Shown: one piece after another, positions 33,339-42,965 of the stretch
How the letters are laid out: each line of letters begins with the position of its first letter
Position numbering within the stretch: position 1 is the stretch's first letter
Assembly: GCA_047601445.1 (NCBI GenBank)
Contig: JASGJH010000001.1
Span: 192,001-256,000 of the forward strand
Direction: 5' to 3'
Source: Myxococcales bacterium
GTDB lineage: Bacteria > Myxococcota_A > Polyangia > Polyangiales > DASUME01
Length of the DNA: 64,000 nt
Made by a program: the position numbers and the translations under genes
Notes under the pieces: generated by a model
Databases searched by the model: none
What the model saw: only the letters and a program-made list of their open reading frames with translations
Told to the model about the DNA's origin: nothing

Positions 33339-35918
33339 TTAGCCGGGCCGGTGAGGCCTTCGACCAGGGAGCCGGCGGGCGGCGATGTCGGCCAGGAACA
33401 GGCCCAAGCCGAGCCACACGAACCAGCTCCAGCGTTCGCGCCAGGTAACGGTGTTTCGACCCCGGGCTCGGAACGCCGCGCCCGGCTCGGCAAGCTCGAG
33501 GACGCCACCACCGGTGACCTCGGCGAGGGTCGCCAAACGCTCCCATCCCGGGGGTCGCATGGCGTACTCGAGAGGGAAGGGGAAGGCGACGCTGGTCTCC
33601 CCGGAGAGGCGCTTCTGGTCCCCCGGGGAGGCGAGCTCGGCGCGGACCACGTAGCTGCCCGGGGCCAACAAGGGCACGCGGGCTTCATAGTGGCCGGGGC
33701 TCACCTGACTCAACGGCGCCTGCTGATCGGCAACGGTGCTCGCGGGGTCGCTGGTGGAGACGCGCAGGCTCCCCACCAGGCCGTTCACGAAGCGCTCGTC
33801 GGCGTCGAGCACGTCCAGGCTGGCGCGCAGCTGGTCGCCCTCGACACGGGCTTCCACGCGCAGCGCCTCGTCGCGCGTGGCGCGCATGTGCTCGCGGATC
33901 AGCTGGGCCCAGAACGCGCTGTGGGAGGGCCAGCCGAACCAGCTCGCGCTCCAGCGCGGCTTGAGATCAGGGGTCCACGCCAGCGACCAGCCGAGACCCA
34001 CCCGCATGCGCGCCAGCACCGGCTCTCCGAGCTCGCTCGCGAGCACCACCTGGGCGGGGTAGGGCCGCGCGCGCGTTGCCACATACCCGCGCAGTAATGG
34101 TGCGTTCTGCATGGGCAGTCCGCGCAGGAAGTCTGCCGGCGCCTGGACCCGCACGCCCACGTAGTCTTCCACGGCCGAGGAGCGCGCCACGGCGTGGGTC
34201 TCCTTCACGAACAGGCGCGGCACGCTCGAGGGGTCGGTGGTGAAGTAGGCGCGCCCGTGGCCCAGGCGGGCGAGCTCCTCGATCAGCGAGCGATTCACGT
34301 CGTCACCCAGGCCGATGGTGGAGACCGTGATGCCGTCGACCTGCATGTTCTGCACGAGCAGCGGTAGGCCCTTCTCCTGGGTCTGGCCGTCGGTCAGCAG
34401 GATCACGTGCTTCACCTTGGCGCGCACGCTCAAGAGGTCGCTGTAGGCCGCGTCGAGCGCGGGAAAAATCTGGGTGCCGCCGCCCGCGGCGAGCTTGCCG
34501 ATGCCGCGGGAGATGCCGACTCGATTGCTGGCGGACGAGAGCCTCACCACGCGGTCCGGTTGGGCGTCGAAGCCGATGACTCCGAGGAAGTCTTCGCTGC
34601 CGAGCAGCTCGCTGGTGGCGCGCGCGGCCTCCTTGGCGAGCTCGATCTTCTCGCCGCTCATGGAGCCGCTCTTGTCGATCACCAACACCAGGGCGAGGCT
34701 CGGTTGGTCGCGCCGGCGCTCCGTCTCGAGGCGCACCGGCAGGAGCGCTTCCATGCTCGAGTTGCGATAGCCGCCGAGTCCGAATGACTGCGGGCCGCCC
34801 GCCATCAAGAAGCCGCCGCCGTCCTCCACGTAGGCCTGTAGGGCTTGCACGCTGGCCTGCGCCAGCTGTTCACGCGGCACGTCCGAGAGGATCACGAAGT
34901 CGAAGGGGCGCAGTTCGCGCAAACTGGTGGGGAATCCCCGGCTTCCGCGCACGTCCACCTCAAAACCGGCGGCCTGGAGCAAGGTTTGAAAGGGCGCCGA
35001 CTCACCACTCTCTCCCTCCACGTAGAGCACGCGGGGAGCACCGTGGGCGGCGGCGCTCCGCGCGAAGGTATTGTTCTGCGGAAAGCGGTCGGGGCCCTGG
35101 GGAGCGAGCTCGACGCGATAGGTCACGGGGCCCGATACGTGGACCACGCTGCGGAAGCTGAGCTCGGTGTCGCCGGCCGAGAGCGCTACGTCGCGCACGC
35201 CTTCGAGACCGTTGAGCAGATCATTTTGATACAGGCGCAGGCGAGCCTGTTGGGGCTGCGTGGACGAGATTCGGACCTTCACCATGAAGGGCTCGCCCAC
35301 CTTGAGCGGCTCGGGTAGCTCGAGGGCGCTCACGGCGACCTCGGCGGGCAGGTTTCCCGAAGTGCGCACGACGAACAGGGGGATCTGCAGCGTGGCCAGC
35401 TGGGCGGTGGCTTGCTCGAGCTGGCCCTGGGTCTCCTGGCCGTCGCTTAGCAGCACGATCTGCCCGAGGCGCTCGGGCGCGAGCAAGCCGAGCGCCAGCG
35501 AGAGCGCGCCCTGGATATCCGTGCCTGCGACTTCGTGGGCCCGTGCGAGTGGGGAGTCAGCGCGGGGATCGAGCGTGAGTTTGCCCGCGTCGCGCGCGAA
35601 GGAGATGAAGTCCACGTGATGGGCCGCGCGCTGGGCCTCGGCCGCGCGCAAATAGTTCGCCATGTGCGCGAGGTCCTCGCTGGGCATGGAGTCCGAGACG
35701 TCGGCGACGAACACGGTGGAGGTCAGGGCAGTGGTCTCGCGCTCCGCGGGGCGCGCCAAGGCCAGCGCCAGGCACGCGACGAGCAGGCTGCGAGCCAGGA
35801 GCGCGAGGGCGCGGCGCGGACCGGACAAGCCGGACAAAGAGCGCACGGCCCCAGGCACGAGCAGCGGGACGAGCAAGAGGACGTAGAGCCACTCGGGTTG
35901 GCGAAGCGTGAGCGTCAC
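33339..35918 (-). CDS. Membrane-anchored double-VWA protein with glutamine-amidotransferase-like domain
   Basis: MIDAS motifs DVSDS and DKSGS; LLSDG and LLTDG; GGGFLMAGGPQSFGLGGY; N- and C-terminal TM helices. Confidence 0.85.
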   Translation of the reverse strand: MTLTLRQPEWLYVLLLVPLLVPGAVRSLSGLSGPRRALALLARSLLVACLALALARPAERETTALTSTVFVADVSDSMPSEDLAHMANYLRAAEAQRAAHHVDFISFARDAGKLTLDPRADSPLARAHEVAGTDIQGALSLALGLLAPERLGQIVLLSDGQETQGQLEQATAQLATLQIPLFVVRTSGNLPAEVAVSALELPEPLKVGEPFMVKVRISSTQPQQARLRLYQNDLLNGLEGVRDVALSAGDTELSFRSVVHVSGPVTYRVELAPQGPDRFPQNNTFARSAAAHGAPRVLYVEGESGESAPFQTLLQAAGFEVDVRGSRGFPTSLRELRPFDFVILSDVPREQLAQASVQALQAYVEDGGGFLMAGGPQSFGLGGYRNSSMEALLPVRLETERRRDQPSLALVLVIDKSGSMSGEKIELAKEAARATSELLGSEDFLGVIGFDAQPDRVVRLSSASNRVGISRGIGKLAAGGGTQIFPALDAAYSDLLSVRAKVKHVILLTDGQTQEKGLPLLVQNMQVDGITVSTIGLGDDVNRSLIEELARLGHGRAYFTTDPSSVPRLFVKETHAVARSSAVEDYVGVRVQAPADFLRGLPMQNAPLLRGYVATRARPYPAQVVLASELGEPVLARMRVGLGWSLAWTPDLKPRWSASWFGWPSHSAFWAQLIREHMRATRDEALRVEARVEGDQLRASLDVLDADERFVNGLVGSLRVSTSDPASTVADQQAPLSQVSPGHYEARVPLLAPGSYVVRAELASPGDQKRLSGETSVAFPFPLEYAMRPPGWERLATLAEVTGGGVLELAEPGAAFRARGRNTVTWRERWSWFVWLGLGLFLADIAARRLPGRRPHRPG

Positions 35919-35925
35919 GACGGCC

Positions 35926-37794
35926 TCACACCGTCCACCGGCGGTGAAAGCTCAGCCACTCGAGGCAAAGCAGGGCGAGCGCCAGGCCCACGAACCACGG
36001 CCAGCTGCGCTCGGGAAGGGCAGGCGTGGGAAGCGCACGCGTGTGGGCCTCGGTTTGGCCCAGCAGCTCGGAACGTGGTGCGATGGCCCCCTCGCGGAAC
36101 GCGTCGACATTGGCCACCAGGGTGCCGGTGAGGGCGCCCTGGCGCACGCGGTAGACACCCGTGCGCTCGGCCATGAACGCCACTTCTCCTCCATGGGGCT
36201 GCAACATGCGCGCGCCCGTGAACGGCGACTCCAGCGAGACCGGGGCCTGCTCGGGCACCGAGACTCGCAACACTTCGCCTGCGAGGCGACCCGTGCTGGC
36301 CGGGTTGCCGCGGGCCGAGAGTCGCTCGAGGCTGCGCAGCACGAGCAGCGGCCAGGCCGCGCGCAGCGGGAGGTCGCTCTCGCGTACGTCGAAGGTGAGC
36401 GCCAGGAAGGGAGCCCCGCGCTGTCCTTCGACGATCAAGGGCACATGCGCCGAGGTCTCGGCGAGCACGCGATCGCCTGCTTGCGGCGTGGTCGACAGAG
36501 CCCGCGCCAAATTCACGTCGCGCAGCGAGAGGTGCTTGAGCACCGGGTGGCGGGTGTCCACCTGATCGAAGAAGGGACGATTGATCTCACCCTGAACGGC
36601 CAGTGGGAAAAAGCCCGCGGTCTCGCGCGTGCCCAGGTACAGCGCCGGCACCTCGGGATCGTGGGCGGGGCGCGTGCGGTCGAAGATCACCGCGTCGAAG
36701 CCGGCGGCGCTCTGATACTGGTCCGGGGTGCGTTCCGCCACCTCGAGGTACTCCTCGAGGAGGAGCGCTGCTTCGAGGTAGCGATTGCCCTCCGACACCA
36801 CGAGCACGCGAATGCGGTGTTGCTCGGGCAAGCTGGCGTAGGCGCGGTCGTCGCTCGGTAGCGCGTCGGGCCCGCTTGCGAGCACCAGCTTGGCCTCGAG
36901 TGGAGCTTCGCTGGTGGGAAGATCCTTCAGCGTGCGAAAGGCGCGCTCGCCCGCGGCCAACACGAAGCGCTCCTCGTAGAGTGGGGTCCCCGCGCTCGAG
37001 ACGCCAAGCGTGACCTCTTCGGGGCGAGGCCCGAAGTTCTGCAGCGAGAGCATGCCCTCGAGATGTCCCTGGTCGAGCGCGTAGCCGCGCGCCGCGAAGG
37101 CCGTGATGCCCACGTTACGGGGGGACTTGCCGACGCGGTGATAGTGAAGCTGGAGCTGTGGGCGCGTCGCGAGCAGCTGCTTGGCCTGGGTTTCGCCGCC
37201 CAAATTGCCATCCGAAGCGAGGTGCAGCTCGGGGGAGCTCCGGCCGCTCAAGGCATCGAGCGCCAGGCGCACGCCCGTCACGAGGTCGCCAGGGATGTCG
37301 CTCGGGGGAATGGCGTCGAGGGCCTCCCGCAGCGTCTGGCGGTCGTTGCTCCAGGTGCAGCGCGGCGTGGCTTGCTGGTCGAGGGAGGCGATCAGGGCGT
37401 GGTCGTTCGGTCCCAATTCGGCGAGCAGGGCGCGCACCCTTTCCTTGGCCGCAGCGAGGCGAGTGCCGGGCTCGTCGGTGGCCCCCATGGAGGCGCTGCG
37501 GTCCACGAGGATGAGCAGATTGCGGCCGGTGCGGGGCGCGCTGCGGCGGATGTCTGCCAGCGCGAGCAGCATGCACAGCAGGATGGTCAGGGCGAGCAAC
37601 AACGAGAACACACGCCGCAAGCGCGTGGAGAGCGCGGCCTGCGCGCGGCTCTTGAGCAAGCTCTCCCACAGCGCGAGCGCGGGCACTACGATGCGTCGCC
37701 GCTGCTCCTTGAGGAGATAGAGCGCGACCACCGCGGCGCCCAGGCCGATCAACGCGGTCGCAAAGCCGCTGCCGCTGAGACCGAGCCATTCCAT
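35926..37794 (-). CDS. BatA-like N-terminus + VWA membrane protein
   Basis: ALYLLKEQRRRIVVPALALW, DRSASM, C-terminal LLCLEW; ATG 37794 overlaps the DUF58 stop. Confidence 0.8.
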   Translation of the reverse strand: MEWLGLSGSGFATALIGLGAAVVALYLLKEQRRRIVVPALALWESLLKSRAQAALSTRLRRVFSLLLALTILLCMLLALADIRRSAPRTGRNLLILVDRSASMGATDEPGTRLAAAKERVRALLAELGPNDHALIASLDQQATPRCTWSNDRQTLREALDAIPPSDIPGDLVTGVRLALDALSGRSSPELHLASDGNLGGETQAKQLLATRPQLQLHYHRVGKSPRNVGITAFAARGYALDQGHLEGMLSLQNFGPRPEEVTLGVSSAGTPLYEERFVLAAGERAFRTLKDLPTSEAPLEAKLVLASGPDALPSDDRAYASLPEQHRIRVLVVSEGNRYLEAALLLEEYLEVAERTPDQYQSAAGFDAVIFDRTRPAHDPEVPALYLGTRETAGFFPLAVQGEINRPFFDQVDTRHPVLKHLSLRDVNLARALSTTPQAGDRVLAETSAHVPLIVEGQRGAPFLALTFDVRESDLPLRAAWPLLVLRSLERLSARGNPASTGRLAGEVLRVSVPEQAPVSLESPFTGARMLQPHGGEVAFMAERTGVYRVRQGALTGTLVANVDAFREGAIAPRSELLGQTEAHTRALPTPALPERSWPWFVGLALALLCLEWLSFHRRWTV

Positions 37795-38732
37795 TAGCCG
37801 AGCAGGCCTCCCTGCTTGAGCAACAGCAGCACCGCCTGGTCGAACTCCGTTTGCACCGAGAGCTCGAAGCAACGTACGCGCTTGTCCCGACAATGGGCGC
37901 GCAGGGTGTCGAAGTGCTGCCGGTGCGCCTCGCGGTAGCGCTCGAGCAACCCACCCGTGATGGTCACGCTGCGTTCTTCGGAGGTTTCGCTGTCCACCAA
38001 CACCCACTCACCGTGCAGCGGCGGGTTCAGCTCGGCGGGGTCCAACATCAAGAGGAGCACCGGCTCGAGGCGCGCATAGCGGAGCGCGTCCAGCCCATGG
38101 GTGAGGCCCTGGAAGTCGTAGCCGTCCGTGATCACCAGGCACAGCCCGCGCGACGACTCGCGGGCCGCGAAGCTCTTGGCTGCCCGCGCGAAGTCCGTGC
38201 GACCCGCGGCGTCTTGGCTCTCCAAAAAGCGCAGCATGCGCAGCGCGCGGCTCTTGCCACGCAGGGGCGGCAGGCGCGCGGTGAGTCCGTCGGCGAAGCC
38301 CTGGATGCTCACGCGGTCGAGGTTGGCCAGGGCCACGTAGCCGAGTGCGGCGGCGATGCGCTTGGCCTGGGCGAATTTGGGGCTGACGCTGCCTGCGGGG
38401 CCTGCCTGGGTCATCGAGCTCGAGCAATCGAGGAGCACGTGCACCGTGAGATCGGCCTGCTCCTCGAACTGCTTGAGCAGCAAGCGATCCGAGCGCGCGA
38501 ACACCTTCCAGTCGAGGAAGCGAAAATCGTCGCCCGCCACATAGGGGCGATGGTCCGCGAACTCGACGCCGCTCGCCGAGCGATTGGCCTTGCGTTCAGC
38601 CTTGTCGCGTCCGCTCGCAAGGCGCCGCGAGACCAGGGCCAGGCCTTCCAGCTTCCGTTGGAACGCCTCGTCGAACAGGAGCTCACCTTGGGATGCGATC
38701 ACGGCAGCAGGCTGTTTGCGGAACAGGGCCAT
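37794..38732 (-). CDS. DUF58 family protein
   Basis: GVEFADHRPYVAGDDFRFLDWKVFAR; DCSSSM. Confidence 0.9.
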   Translation of the reverse strand: MALFRKQPAAVIASQGELLFDEAFQRKLEGLALVSRRLASGRDKAERKANRSASGVEFADHRPYVAGDDFRFLDWKVFARSDRLLLKQFEEQADLTVHVLLDCSSSMTQAGPAGSVSPKFAQAKRIAAALGYVALANLDRVSIQGFADGLTARLPPLRGKSRALRMLRFLESQDAAGRTDFARAAKSFAARESSRGLCLVITDGYDFQGLTHGLDALRYARLEPVLLLMLDPAELNPPLHGEWVLVDSETSEERSVTITGGLLERYREAHRQHFDTLRAHCRDKRVRCFELSVQTEFDQAVLLLLKQGGLLG

Positions 38733-38740
38733 GCGCGCCT

Positions 38741-39730
<990 letters not shown>

Positions 39731-39741
39731 GTGAGGGTCCT

Positions 39742-41694
39742 TTACTCGTCCCGCGGACGGATGAGCTGAAAATAGCGGCGCACATAGAAGCGCTGCCCGG
39801 GTGGCACCTGGTCGCGCTCGATCACGCTCTCGGCGTGGGCGCGATAGTCTGCATAGACTTTTTGATAGGGAGCGGTCTGAAAGCCGCGGTCGGCCGCGTC
39901 GAGAATAATTTGGCTGCGCGTGGGGCCCTTACCCTGGGCGCCGCTGATGGCGCTGTCGGTATGGTTCGCCTGGAGGCTCGTGGGCTGCGCGAGCGGCGGT
40001 GCGCCACGCTCGTCGCCCGCCTGGGAGGAGACCATGCTGGCACGCGAAGTCCCGGGCAAGAGAAGCTCGATGCTCTGTTGGGCCCCGCCACCCTGTTGGC
40101 CTGCGGGAGTCAGCACGTGCGTGGTCTGGCCCTGCCCGCCCCGTTCTCCGCGCTGCCCTTTCTGGGAGCCATCGCCCGTGGGGTCGCCCGGCTGGCCCTG
40201 GGAGCCCTGGCCGGCGCCTGGATTCGGCTGGAGCGCGAGCGTGTGTTCGTCGCCCTGTCCGCGCGCCTTGAGGACGAAGCGCTGTTCGCGCTGTTGCCGC
40301 TCCTCACTCGACTCGCCGGGGCGAGTGTCCTGCCCCTGTTGCTGTTGCTGTTGCTGTCCTGCACCCGGGCGCTCTTGTTGCGTCTGGGCTTTCCGCTGCA
40401 AGAGCTCGCGCAGTTGGGCCGCCTCGCGCGCCAGTTGCTGCGCCGCCTCGCTCCCGCGTTGCTGGTCGGCGAAGCGCTCCAGCTCGCGCGCGGCGTCTTC
40501 CAGGGCGCGCTCGGCTTCCGCGGAGGCGTCACGGTCGAGGGCTTCGCCCGCGCCGGCCAGATCGCGTGACAGGCGTTCGAGCCTGCGTGAACCGTCCCGG
40601 CGCTCGGCGTGTTCGCGTCGCAGGCGCTCGAGCTCGCGTCGCTTGCGCTCGAACAGGCTGCGCTCGCCCGGGTCCTGTGCGTTCGGAGCCTGGGGCTTTC
40701 GCAGCAAGCTTTCGAGCTCCTGCTCGCGTGCCGCGCTGTTCTCCTCGGCCTGCTGCCGCGCTCGCTCCTTGGCCAGCGCCTGCTTGAGTTGTTCGCGCTC
40801 CGCCGGAGTCCCGCCGCCCGCACGCGTGGCGAGCTCCCGCAGCTCCTGAGCCGCGCTGCGCGCATCCGTGGCGCGCAGGGCCTTGGCGAGGGGGGCGCTG
40901 GCCCGGGCCAGCTCGTCGGCTAGGTCCTGGAAGCGCGTACGCTCGGCGTCGCTCAGCCCGAGCGAACGCTCGAGCAACTTGCGCTCGAGGCCGATCAGCG
41001 CGTGCACTCCCTCGGCCCGGCTGAGCTCACCGGTGGCGAGCCCCTCGAGGATGGTGTTGAGCGCGCGCAGCTCGGCCTGTGCCTGCGGCGCGCCAGCTTG
41101 CTCGAGCTGGAGCTGCGTCAGCTCGCGCCGGAACGCGGTGAGGTCATCGCGGCCGAGGCTCGGCTGCTTTTGGACGCGCAGGGTGGGGACCGTGATCGCC
41201 GCTGGCGCCTTCGGCTGAGCGAGCCACGCGAAGGCGAGCGCGACCATTGGCAAGCCCAACAGGGCGAGCTCTGCGGGCCAGCGCCAAGGGACCGCGCGGC
41301 GTGCCGACCAGCCGGCTGCACGGCGGGTCACGTCGCGCAGATGGGCCTCCATAAACGTGCTGCGCTCGGCACGCGTAAGGCCCATGTACTCCACGCCGGC
41401 GCGCGCTCGCTGGTGTGGGTCTTCGGCGCGGTCCAGCAGCACCGCGGCCTGCGCGGACGACACCGGCCACAGCAGGCCGACGCACGCGGGTAGCCCGAGA
41501 AACGCCAGCAGCGCTAACCCGTGCGCCAGCCCGAGCTCGCTCGCCTGGGGCTGCGCCTGTACGCGCCAGACCACCAGCGTGCTGAGGGCGAACGAAGTGC
41601 CCACCACCAGACCTCGCAGACCTCTCCCGCCGCGCACGCGGACACGGGTCTGCGCGAGGACGCGCTCGAAGGCGACGAGATCGAGGTCAGACAT
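39742..41694 (-). CDS. Membrane-anchored coiled-coil protein with Gln/Gly-rich tail (MoxR-operon associated)
   Basis: N-terminal TM helices, long helical region, poly-Q stretch, C-terminal VPPGQRFYVRRYF. Confidence 0.7.
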   Translation of the reverse strand: MSDLDLVAFERVLAQTRVRVRGGRGLRGLVVGTSFALSTLVVWRVQAQPQASELGLAHGLALLAFLGLPACVGLLWPVSSAQAAVLLDRAEDPHQRARAGVEYMGLTRAERSTFMEAHLRDVTRRAAGWSARRAVPWRWPAELALLGLPMVALAFAWLAQPKAPAAITVPTLRVQKQPSLGRDDLTAFRRELTQLQLEQAGAPQAQAELRALNTILEGLATGELSRAEGVHALIGLERKLLERSLGLSDAERTRFQDLADELARASAPLAKALRATDARSAAQELRELATRAGGGTPAEREQLKQALAKERARQQAEENSAAREQELESLLRKPQAPNAQDPGERSLFERKRRELERLRREHAERRDGSRRLERLSRDLAGAGEALDRDASAEAERALEDAARELERFADQQRGSEAAQQLAREAAQLRELLQRKAQTQQERPGAGQQQQQQQGQDTRPGESSEERQQREQRFVLKARGQGDEHTLALQPNPGAGQGSQGQPGDPTGDGSQKGQRGERGGQGQTTHVLTPAGQQGGGAQQSIELLLPGTSRASMVSSQAGDERGAPPLAQPTSLQANHTDSAISGAQGKGPTRSQIILDAADRGFQTAPYQKVYADYRAHAESVIERDQVPPGQRFYVRRYFQLIRPRDE

Positions 41695-41744
41695 CGCTCC
41701 AACCCCAGTGTACCAGCTCTCAGAGCGGCGTATTCGCCGAAGAT

Positions 41745-42965
41745 TTAGCCTTCGCGTGGGGTTCGGAGCAGGAGCGCCTGCACGGCTTCGCCAGCACCGA
41801 TTTCGGCCTGTTCGGCGGGTACCACCACTAGCGCGTCCACGCCCGACAGCGAGGAAAGGTCACCCGAGCCCTGGCGCCCCAGGGGAGTCGCCACCAGCCC
41901 CTCCGAGCCACGCGTGAGTCCCGCCCGCAGGTACTCCTCGCGACCCGGCTTGCGCTTGATCGGGGCGCTCAACGTGACCTGCACCCGCGCGCGCTCGGGC
42001 GTGGGATCCCCCAGCATGCGCCGCAGTCCAGGGCGCACAAAGAGCTCGAAGGTCACCCACGAGCTCACCGGATTGCCTGGCAACCCGATGACTGGCACCG
42101 AGCCGCCCCGTCCGTAGCTCACCGGCTTGCCCGGCTTCATGCGCACCTTCCAGAACTCGAGCCGGACTCCGGCCGCGGCGAGCGCCTCGCGGACCACGTC
42201 GTAGTCCCCCACCGAGACCCCACCGCTGAGCACCAGCACGTCCGCCTTGAGGCCCTCCGCGATGGCCGCGCACACGGCGTCACGCTCGTCTCCCACCGAG
42301 GGCATCACCCACGGCTCTCCGCCCGCTTCGAGCACCTGGGCTGCCAAACCATAGGCATTGGAGTTCACGATGCTGCCGGGCCGAGCGCGTTCGCCAATCT
42401 CGCGCAGCTCGTCGCCCGTACACAGGATCGCCACGCGTGGCCGGCGAAACACGCGCACGCTGGCGATGTCCTGGCTGGCGAGCAGCCCGATTTCCCCTGA
42501 GCCCACCTGTCCGTGGCGCGGCAGCAAGAGCGTCCCCACTTGCAGATCCGAGCCACGCGCTCGCACGTGGTGCCCGTGCGGCGACGCGAACTTCAGCAGC
42601 ACTTCCTCGCCCTGACGCTCCGTGTCTTCCTGGATCACTACGGCATCCGCGCCGTCCGGTAGCGCAGCACCCGTGAAGATGCGCATGGCCGTGCCGGCTG
42701 CGAGCGGCTCCGGTGATGGGCCTCCCGCGCGACTCTCGCCGCGCACCGCAAGGCGCACGGGCTGCTCTGGGCTCGCCGAGGCCACATCTCGAGCGCGCAC
42801 CGCGTAGCCATCCATGGCGCTGTTGTCGAAGCTCGGGGCTTCGAACTGGGCGTGAACCTCAGCACTCGCGAAGCGGCCCACCGCCGACAGCAACGCGATG
42901 CGCTCTTCCGACAGCGGAGCGAAGCCGTCCAGGATCTCCCGACTGGCCTCGGCCACACTTTTCAT
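41745..42965 (-). CDS. moeA: Molybdopterin molybdotransferase
   Basis: FDNSAMDGYA, RIFTGA, TGDEL, SGGVSVGDYD, KPGKP and LPGNPVS. Confidence 0.95.
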   Translation of the reverse strand: MKSVAEASREILDGFAPLSEERIALLSAVGRFASAEVHAQFEAPSFDNSAMDGYAVRARDVASASPEQPVRLAVRGESRAGGPSPEPLAAGTAMRIFTGAALPDGADAVVIQEDTERQGEEVLLKFASPHGHHVRARGSDLQVGTLLLPRHGQVGSGEIGLLASQDIASVRVFRRPRVAILCTGDELREIGERARPGSIVNSNAYGLAAQVLEAGGEPWVMPSVGDERDAVCAAIAEGLKADVLVLSGGVSVGDYDVVREALAAAGVRLEFWKVRMKPGKPVSYGRGGSVPVIGLPGNPVSSWVTFELFVRPGLRRMLGDPTPERARVQVTLSAPIKRKPGREEYLRAGLTRGSEGLVATPLGRQGSGDLSSLSGVDALVVVPAEQAEIGAGEAVQALLLRTPREG